A DNA stretch of 43,654 nt from Atractiella rhizophila. Taxonomy: Eukaryota. Below, one piece after another: positions 34,646-43,654 of the stretch. The DNA lies in contig MU271291.1 in assembly GCA_021432655.1 (NCBI GenBank), positions 62,001-105,654 of the forward strand, in the 5' to 3' direction. The stretch's first letter is position 1. Each line of letters begins with the position of its first letter. A program made the translations under genes and the position numbers. Under the pieces are notes generated by a model that saw nothing but the letters and a program-made list of their open reading frames with translations, was not told where the DNA came from and made no database searches.

Positions 34646-36265
34646 ATGGTAATGGAGTCTCGAGTAGTTCTCGTTGTTCCTCCTTCATTAACGAGAGTGG
34701 TCAAGACATACCTCGAAGACAAGGATTTTTTCGATAAAAAGCACGGGATATCTCCCTCAAAACTGAAAGATGGATATTTGGATATACCTACTTTGATTAT
34801 GAGTGAAGCAGAAGGGAATAAGGATGAGACTCTAAATCGAGACGGAGAACTCGATGCAGCCAACGGGTCAATCCTTCCACCTCCAAATCTGTACCCTCTT
34901 TCGGAGTCAGAAACAGTTCACGGTGCCTCCTCAGCTGCAGCTATTACATCTTTATCCTCCTCTTTCCCACAGCTTCTTGCCTACCTCTCACAGCACGATT
35001 CACGACCACCGACTTCTCTCTCTCCCCAACCTTCCACGATATCTACACACCTCCAACCTCCTCCTCTTCTCCTCCGCACCTTCACCTCCCTCTCCTCCCC
35101 GCCCTCGCATCCAATTCAAAGGTCGAAGGCATCGCACTGCGTCTCCCCATCGCACGGTCCGACGAGAAGCGGACAGGACGATCAAGTGGCTGTGGCTCGC
35201 CGACGGTTTGGGTGAAGGAGCAGAAGGAAAAGGAGGGGAAGAGAGGAGCAGGAGAAAGAGTTTTGGACGAGTTTGGCGCAGACGATGAAGACTGCGAAGG
35301 GCGAGGAGAGGAGGGTAGAGTGGTTCTGGGCGCCGGAACAGACAATGTTTAGTCGGGGGAACGCAGCGGAGAAGGGGAGGATTGCAAGATTGGAAAATNN
35401 NNNNNNNNNNNNNNNNNNNNNNNNNNNNNNNNNNNNNNNNNNNNNNNNNNNNNNNNNNNNNNNNNNNNNNNNNNNNNNNNNNNNNNNNNNNNNNNNNNNN
35501 NNNNNNNNNNNNNNNNNNNNNNNNNNNNNNNNNNNNATGGGTAGGGATTGGATATTTTACTTTGCCTTACTTGGTAGCTGGCGCGAAAGAGGTATGGGCT
35601 TGTGAAATCAATCCGTGGTCCATCGAAGGTTCTTCCATCACGTCCCCATGTGAAGGCAAATCATTTTTTCACTGTCATTCATAGGTCTCAAGCACGGTGC
35701 CTCCCGTCTCAAAATCTCCTACGATGTCCTCCCAACGAGCGACACGTCGAATTCCAGCTGCTCTGAGCCTGAAAACGCGAATCAGGATTGCAGGCTTCAC
35801 ATCCTCCCCACATACAACCACCTCTGCCTGTCTCATTTCCGAAATCGAGCTCAACACGTCTCACTCGGCATTCTCCCCTCCGCTCGTTTACCACCATCCT
35901 TCTCTGATTCCTCTTGCTCCAAAGACGAATGGTCATCGCCTCCTTCTTCTGGTCTTTGGGTTGGAATTAGAGCTTTGAAGTTGGACGAGGAGGGTGACTG
36001 CAGCGTGTTGAGGGTGCATGAAGAATTGGAGCTGTCTAGGGCGAGTTTGAAGCGAGAGGCAGAGAGGGAGGAGCTGGAAGTTTGGGGTGAAGAGGTGAGG
36101 AAGGTGGTGGAAAGGCTGTTGGAGGAGAGATGGGTGGATGAGGGGAAACAAGGACGGTTCAGAGTGAATGTGCAGCTGGAGTATTTGGGGAAGGTAAAGA
36201 GTATGGGTCCAAATGTGCTCCATGTTGTTGGAGATTTTAGAGTAGTTTTAATGCAAGTCAAGTGA
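34646..36265 (+). CDS. TRM12: tRNA wybutosine-synthesising protein 2 (TYW2/Trm12); spans an N gap and has apparent frameshifts
   Basis: FWTSLAQ, WAPEQTMFSRGNAAEKGRI, GIGYFTLPYLVAGAKEVWACEINPWSIEG, HVSLGILPS, LRVHE, VKSMGPNVLHVVGD. Confidence 0.85.
35399..35536. other. Assembly gap (N run)
   Basis: 138 N. Confidence 1.
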
Positions 36266-36269
36266 GACA

Positions 36270-37236
36270 TTAGTCTTCAAGGAGCACAACGTATTCGCGA
36301 GACGAGAAGGCAAACTTCATCACTGTGAAGGAGGTCTTCAGCGACTAGATGATATGTGAACGAACAACCTACCATCTCCTGAACGAAGCTCGTAATAACG
36401 CGACGTCGGGATTTTCTCTTCATTCACCATGGTTCCATTTGCGCTCTCTAGGTCAATGACGAAGGGTCTAGCCATGGGAAAACCAAAACGTCAAGAAGGC
36501 ATTTGGAGTGGACAGAAAGAAGCGTACTTGACGATACCCTTATCCTTTCCAGTCTCAGGATTCTTCTCCCAAATCTGTCGGAACTGTATGACCGCGTGTT
36601 GCTTCGATGTCGAAGGATGCTCTGCTGGTATATCACAGACTATCTTATCCCTCCCAATGAGGTAGGCGGACTGTCGGTTGAGTTGAAACATGTCTGCCGC
36701 CACCAAGAAGCCAACCAGTGTTTAAAGGTCACTTTCGCCTTCCCATCGTGCAAAAGGTAAGATAACGCACCAACTTCTTTCCCATCCTTGAACACATAAA
36801 CCCTCCAATTCCTCAAGCTCTTTCGTGCTTCCGGAGGCTCATTATACTTCAAAACGATACCCTTAAAGTTGTTCGACTCCGCCGCCAACAGTCCCGAAGC
36901 TGCAAAATTGGGAGGAGGAGGTTTATTTTTCTCTTCGCTAGGAGACGCAGACCGCGACCTAGACCTAGACCGTGGTCGCAGAGCAAGCGCCTTAGAAGTT
37001 GATGGCTTTGAAGAACGTCTGTCTCTGTCTCGCGAACGAGAGCGTTCTCGCCTGTCACGACTGCGACTACGACTCCGAGAACGCTGGCGCTCCTTGTCTT
37101 GCCTTCCGCGACGCTCCCTCTCCTTATCTCGCCCGTAGTCGCGCTCGCGGTCGTTTTTTGAAGTTCTGGAACGAGAAACGGGTGATCGTGAGCGGGAACG
37201 CCTGCGGCGAGGTTCTGGAGAGACAGAGCGAGGCAT
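36270..37236 (-). CDS. PML1: FHA-domain RES-complex splicing factor Pml1/SNIP1 with RS-rich N-terminus
   Basis: RS repeats, PNFAASGLLAAESN, LKYNEPPEARK, WRVYVFK, YLIGRD, HPSTSKQHAVIQFR, IDLESANGT, RYYELR, SREYVVLLED*. Confidence 0.92.
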
Positions 37237-37604
37237 TTTCACGACTTTGTCGCGGCGTGAAAGTTTAGGCAACAGTTAAGGAGAAGACGAGACGAGTATC
37301 CAAAGGCAGGATGTGCACCGTGGAAGTATAAAGTTAACTATGTTTCTGCGCAGCTCAAGCAATCGAAAGTTTATCAGGTTAAGATGTTCCTCAGTTTCTC
37401 GATGAGCAGATGTCTCTTTCCCCGTCAAAAAAGGTAGTCCAAGTCCTCAGACATGCCAGCATGCAATCCTCAACGCAGTTCACATTACAGAATGCTTTGA
37501 GATCGTAGTCACAGACATTCCATTCATCACGCATTCCGAGCACATGTAAGGAGACAGTACTTTCGTTCGACAGATTAATATCAGGTATTTGCAAAGTATC
37601 GCGC

Positions 37605-40312
37605 TCAGCGAACCTCGACGGCACGACCGTCCTTCCTGATGGCGACTTTGTGCTTCGCAATAGAGGCTTTGACAGGATGTTCGGCACTGAACACCTCGTC
37701 CAATTCCTCCAGTGACCTTCCCACAGTCTTAAAAAACACTCAGTGACACATTTTTGGGAAGAGGGACCAGAGGCTCACCTCGACAGCGAAGAAGTACCAC
37801 AAAATGGATTCGATGATGTCCCATCCGACAAATACGCAGACATATCTCCAGCCAATGTTTCCTGTGTTGGACGAGGATCAACTTACGTGTGGAGCGTAAA
37901 GCAGCGAAAAGTTTACCTAAAGCGATAGGACCTGAGAGTCGAAGGCCAAGTGAGCTAAAAGTTCAACGTTTCTGGGAAGATGCTGACCTGCATAGAGGTT
38001 TAGGAAACCAGTGGTGCTAACGATCAAAATCTTTGCAGCGACACCTGATAGTGGTCAGNNNNNNNNNNNNNNNNNNNNNNNNNNNNNNNNNNNNNNNNNN
38101 NNNNNNNNNNNNNNNNNNNNNNNNNNNNNNNNNNNNNNNNNNNNNNNNNNNNNNNNNNNNNNNNNNNNNNNNNNNNNNNNNNNNNNNNNNNNNNNNNNNN
38201 NNNNNNNNNNNNNNNNNNNNNNNNNNNNNNNNNNNNNNNNNNNNNNNNNNNNNNNNNNNNNNNNNNNNNNNNNNNNNNNNNNNNNNNNNNNNNNNNNNNN
38301 NNNNNNNNNNNNNNNNNNNNNNNNNNNNNNNNNNNNNNNNNNNNNNNNNNNNNNNNNNNNNNNNNNNNNNNNNNNNNNNNNNNNNNNNNNNNNNNNNNNN
38401 NNNNNNNNNNNNNNNNNNNNNNNNNNNNNNNNNNNNNNNNNNNNNNNNNNNNNNNNNNNNNNNNNNNNNNNNNNNNNNNNNNNNNNNNNNNNNNNNNNNN
38501 NNNNNNNNNNNNNNNNNNNNNNNNNNNNNNNNNNNNNNNNNNNNNNNNNNNNNNNNNNNNNNNNNNNNNNNNNNNNNNNNNNNNNNNNNNNNNNNNNNNN
38601 NNNNNNNNNNNNNNNNNNNNNNNNNNNNNNNNNNNNNNNNNNNNNNNNNNNNNNNNNNNNNNNNNNNNNNNNNNNNNNNNNNNNNNNNNNNNNNNNNNNN
38701 NNNNNNNNNNNNNNNNNNNNNNNNNNNNNNNNNNNNNNNNNNNNNNNNNNNNNNNNNNNNNNNNNNNNNNNNNNNNNNNNNNNNNNNNNNNNNNNNNNNN
38801 NNNNNNNNNNNNNNNNNNNNNNNNNNNNNNNNNNNNNNNNNNNNNNNNNNNNNNNNNNNNNNNNNNNNNNNNNNNNNNNNNNNNNNNNNNNNNNNNNNNN
38901 NNNNNNNNNNNNNNNNNNNNNNNNNNNNNNNNNNNNNNNNNNNNNNNNNNNNNNNNNNNNNNNNNNNNNNNNNNNNNNNNNNNNNNNNNNNNNNNNNNNN
39001 NNNNNNNNACGATTGCGCTAGGGGCGGCTTGCAGAATCAAAGGGATACGCCAGGCCCAGTTGCTCGTCATGTACGACGTTCCAAAGGTAATTGCTGCAGC
39101 TGGGATCGATCCTCCATTCCATCCTGTGTTGTACTTTTCCCAGTTGATGTACGTTAGCTAAATCAACAGGATAGGCAAAAAAAATCAACCAAGCCGGTGA
39201 TCTTTCCCCTCCAGTGAGGAGGAGCGACTTCGACGCCTGTTTCTCAGATTAGCCAGCGCGGAAGTCTCGACTGGGGTCAATTCAACTCACAATAAGTAGG
39301 TGCGCCGATGATGGCAATAGCGATTCTGTTCCCTAGTGAGTGATGCACCGGTTAGGTCAGCGAAATGCTACTCGCCCCATGCCAAGGATAAATCTGGATT
39401 GGAACAAATATTAAAAGACTGTGAACACAGGATGGGGTTCTTACCTTCCCGCAATAAATTGGCTTTTGTCGTTGCTGCTAGAAATGATAGCAGCTGGTAC
39501 AAGTCTCTGAGCCCACAAAGTTTCCCAAAGCTTGGAACGTACCACCGGTCATGATGATGATGCAACCAATAAACATGCCATATCTGCGACCCAAACGATC
39601 ACAAATAGGACCCTGTTAGCTTACAGTCAGTAAACATTTGACATGATGCCAGACTACGCACTCCAAAAAACAGAGCCCCAGCCATTTGACCAAATGTGTA
39701 ACAGGTGAAGATAATTCCTGAGATGAGCGAGCGATTAAGCGGTGTCATTCAACAACAAACGCGGAACGTACCAGTCGTTTTGTTCAATCCAGGTGAACCC
39801 GGGGTAATAGTGTGTTTGTACGGGGTCATACCGTTGATCTATCTCTCTTTAGGGTCTGAACGAAGCATTGTTCAAGTAAAGGGGCATACAGCCGTCATCA
39901 ACCTGAAATGAGTTTTGTTAGAGTTCGAAGGAGCAAACGGAATTGAACATACGAGCCGTCGTAACCATTACAGCAGCTCGTCAAGAATCCCAAGAAAGAG
40001 CAGAGCAGGATAATCTGACGGGCCGATTAACGGTACCCTTTATAATAACAAGTTCACCCACCATCCCTCCTTTAGACCAAGCTCTGAATTGCTCGCCTTC
40101 CTGAATTGCCGTCGCGAGTTCGACTACCGTGAAAGTTAGCTTCCTAACAGATCCTTGCTGACATGCTCACCATTAGCGGCTTCCTTGACATAGGCAATAT
40201 CCTTCAGACTAGCTTCTCCTGGTAGACCATGCTCGGTCTGTTCCAAGTCGTACTTCTCATCCTTTGAGGATGAGAGAGACAATGATCTGGTGGGGGTCAT
40301 GGTGGAAGCCAT
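37605..40312 (-). CDS. MFS sugar porter (lactose permease / cellodextrin-hexose transporter-like), many exons, interrupted by an N gap
   Basis: NGYDGSLMTAING, GRRYGMFIG, VEVAPPHWRGK, WAWRIPLILQAAP, TVGRSLEELDEVF; stop at 37605-37607. Confidence 0.9.
38059..39008. other. Assembly gap (N run)
   Basis: 950 N. Confidence 1.
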
Positions 40313-41451
40313 GGCGAGTCGCTCTGTACGGAAGAAACGCGAAGCGATTGAGCTGCAGTTACAAACTGCGCTCTTTTATATCATGCCTCACAATTCGCGA
40401 TATTCGCTGGTCATCCACCCCAGCTGGTTGGAATTCGGCTTAATGATCCGTAAATGAATGGGTAAAGTAAATCGATATCGCCGTCTCGCCACACGATCAA
40501 TGCAGCGTGGTAGAGGGAGGAGCGTGCATTCGTACCGACCAACCGAAGGCGGAGATAATTTGGCAGATCTTGCCAACTAGCATCAAATCCGAGCTTTGTT
40601 CCCCACTGCCTTCTTCAAAGCGGCCCACGCAAAGGGGAGGAGAATTTCCCCGTTGCGAACTTTGAACTTTGCCGGCGAATATGTGAGCCCAAAATGCAAT
40701 GTACTGAATGCTTGGCTTTGAGTCGAACGTGAGAAGTACTCCAATGTTTCAATTGACCCATCTCATCGATGGATCGAGCAGACCCGGGGGTGTCAGCAAG
40801 ATTCCGGGGAAGAAGAACAGGATTCTTTGCACAAATGAGAGCTTGCAAGAATACAGCTCAAAGAGCAACAAAAGGAGTCTGTCAGAGAGCACGAAATACA
40901 CTAAGGTACTTCCTTAGGGTGTGCACATACTCACAAAATCACCGGCAGACTGGCAGACTTTTGGTGTCCTGTAAAACGGCGCTAAAATCGAAGGTTCGAT
41001 AATGCTCAATTATTGACAAAATCAATCGATTTGGAACCTTCGGAGAGACTGAGATGGGCGTTAGCCGATGAGTACTGTCTGTCAACCTACAGCCTCTCAT
41101 TCGAACAAAGAGCATGTGTCCCCATAAGAATGAACAAAGCGATGAATAGAATCCCTCAAATACCTGTCAGCAGCTACACAACGTAAGCTGGGTGTGATTC
41201 AAAGTCTGCCCCTGTGGACTCTGACTGCATCTGTTTTGATGAGAGCAAGGCCAATGTGGACAAAAGGCTTAACGGCAATTAATATGGAACGTGTCCGCCA
41301 TTGACAGTAAAATTGAATCTCTGGCCGACAGCTACAGCAAACGATGACACAAAAATGATATTGATGCACATGTCAGAACACAGAACAACATTGTTGGTAC
41401 AATACTCCGTATCTTTGAGCACGTTATGATTAAGCTTACCTAAGGCAGTTC

Positions 41452-42373
41452 TCAAATAGGAACGATGAGACAGCTTGGTATGTCCTCGTCAGCATTCTTC
41501 GAGGGAAAACAGCGACGTGACAACTGACCCCAACGCTCCTCTGCCGCCCCATCCCGTTCTGGGTGCTAGGCGCACTCTGACCTTTTCTTTCTGTTCACCA
41601 CGATGGAGGAGGAGATAGATTGGTTCCTGCACTCGCAGCTTGAATGAATGGCTACAAAAAAAAGAGGGAGGAGCTGCAAACGCACGCGATTTTGCGTTGC
41701 TCTCTGTACGAGAGTAGACACTTGTGGGAGAAGGTCCCTTGAGACACCTCCAGGAGCGAGAGTGATGCCTCCAAAACGATAAATGCGGTCTTTAAAGCGT
41801 AGACCCTGCGGAGAACACAGTCGCGTTGACACCCGACAAAACTCACCAGCAAGGGATTCGAAAAACGTACTGCTTCGTCACTTGGACTCCCTTTTTCAAC
41901 AATTGATACTTCAGCCCAATCAAGTTCAGGGTCTTCAGCATCTTCCTCTTCCTCCTTCTCGGCTCTCTGGACGCCTTCAAAACCAAGGTTCACAACACGG
42001 CCCATTTCCGCCTCTATCTCATTCAAATCGTTCCGCAAACGGATTATCGCTTGTCGAGAGGTACGGACACGGTAGACATCGATGTCCGAGCGAGGAAAAC
42101 CATCATACGTAACAAGGGGAGAGCTCATCGTCGAGTTTTCCTTTGCCGATTATGTTCAACAACATAATCTCAGCATTTGCGCAAAGAAATGTACGGATTT
42201 TAAGATATTAATATGCTCCTCCATGTCGACATTGATGCCCTTGCGAACCTTGGAGGCCCAAAACGCGTCAGCTTTCAGTAAAGAGGAACAATGCCGCAAC
42301 TCACCTCGATCAGTCGGTCTAACTCCTCCTTGACAGTAAGACCTTTTGTAGATCCCGGAATTGCAGAAGACAT
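41452..42373 (-). CDS. NAS2: 26S proteasome assembly chaperone Nas2/PSMD9 (PDZ domain)
   Basis: MSSPLVTYDGFPRSDIDVYRVRTSRQAIIRLRND, VEKGSPSDEA-GLRFKDRI, PRTGWGGRGALG-CLIVPI*. Confidence 0.92.
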
Positions 42374-42638
42374 AGATACACTCGGTTCCCGTGAAAATAT
42401 TATCGACCTTCCCATGAGTAACGCGATGGTTAAGTTATCGCAATTTGCCCTTTCTTCGATCGCAACGGACCCGAGGAGGCTACAATATCCCGAGAACCTT
42501 GATATTTTTTTCGCTGAAATCAATCGCAAGCCCAAAAGCTCGAAGAACCAGAGCTCGAGCCTCTGAGCTCCCCAATTCCCTCCAGCGAAACATTGATTTG
42601 CTTCGCCAGGCACTCAACTCCCAAAACTGCACCAGAAC

Positions 42639-43654
42639 ATGGCGTCTCCAACCCAGTCCCCAAATCCTGAGACTCGGGCAGTACCCGTGCCCCAGTATGC
42701 TTGTAAGTCGTCGAACCAATCTGAGATAGTAGAAAGAGCGACTCATGAAAAAGTGAAGGCCGATCTCTTAAGGATCTGAAGCTCGTGAACGGTAGCGCTC
42801 CAAGTTACAGCTCTTTCGAGAATTTCGAAAAGTGCGGCATGTCTCAATGAAGCAATACATTTCGCTGACGTCTTAATAGACCTGAAGGACAGTCGAAGGT
42901 ATTCGCCTACAGCGGAGACGGAGCACTCTTCGCTGCGTCATTTCCTGAAGAGTACGTTGTCCAATACGCTGTGGTCACCTACTGATTGTACGCAGGGTCT
43001 ATGTGTATAAAACCTCGGATGGAAGCGTTCTGTGCAAGATTCCCGTGAAGAATGCCATTGATCTGGCCTTGTCGCCAAAGGGAACCTACCTCCAAACATG
43101 GGAGCGGTACTGTATGCAATGCTACCTTAGACGGAGAATTACATGAGACTGAGATTCTGGAGCAGCGAAGCCGGAAGATGGTTCCCAACTCAAAAATGCC
43201 AAAATCTGGGCCATACCAACAGCGGAAGAGTTAACGGCCTTCACTGCTCGAAGCTCGGATAACTGGTCTGCCATTCTACTCCTCCATCCACAATATCGTC
43301 CTCATCGCTGTGTGTTGTCACGTAGGCAATACCAATTCACATTCAACGAAGCTTTTGCTCTCAAGCTCGTGACGAACGAAGTTCAGATCTTCGATTCCAA
43401 ATCCCTCTCATCTGCACCTGTCAACAGAATCAAACTCGAAGGGGTGAATGCTTTCAGCGTTTCCCCTGGCCATCATGACTTTGTGGCTCTGTTCGTACCT
43501 GAGAAAAAGGTTCGTACTTTTTGGTCCTTGCCATTGTAACCTCAATGAGTGAGAATGACTGTAGGGAGCACCAGGAACAGTCAAAATCTTCAGCGTCACG
43601 TCGACGGCCGCGTCTTCAGCTTCGAAGACGTTCTTCAAGGCTGATCGCGTCCAG
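42639..43654 (+). CDS. EIF2A: Translation initiation factor eIF2A, 5' part, runs off the right edge
   Basis: QYA-YRSLK, SPKGTYLQTWE, QYQFTFNE, VTNEVQIFD, FSVSPG, VALFVPEKK-GAPGTVKIF, KTFFKADRVQ. Confidence 0.92.

Noticed and set aside
36930..37230. Short tandem-like repeats (agacct, cgact)
   Set aside because: They simply encode the RS/RD dipeptide region of Pml1/SNIP1.
38011..39157. Three long ORFs (336-374 aa) in the ORF track
   Set aside because: Artefacts of translating through the 950-N gap; only the minus-strand WAWRIPLILQ portion is real (sugar porter exon).

Overview
Intron-rich fungal genomic DNA with introns of about 50 bp, most likely a basidiomycete (inferred from gene structure and protein families). 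There are two N gaps (35399-35536, 38059-39008). The flanks hold housekeeping or metabolic genes. On the left: NAD-glutamate dehydrogenase, a secreted GH37 trehalase, a DUF4188 monooxygenase-like gene and a CAMKL/MARK-type kinase. On the right: mitoribosomal mL54, TYW2/Trm12, Pml1/SNIP1, an MFS sugar porter, Nas2 and eIF2A. The centre (about 20.6-33 kb) is a dynamic accessory island. A complete 6,225-bp CMC/CACTA(En/Spm)-type DNA transposon (20763-26987) has CACCG...CGGTG ends, a 4-bp TATC target duplication and clustered CAGG-N3-CCTG subterminal palindromes. It encodes an intact spliced ~1040-aa transposase and a divergent, uncharacterised ~346-aa second gene. It has inserted into the last exon of one of three tandem alpha/beta-hydrolase genes and cut off the catalytic His. 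The middle hydrolase copy is a chimera created by a ~1.58-kb tandem duplication whose junction can be read at base resolution. Decayed glutamine-synthetase-like and protein-kinase pseudogenes are also present. All exon structures were inferred by eye, and family assignments rest on recognised motifs; no database search was run.
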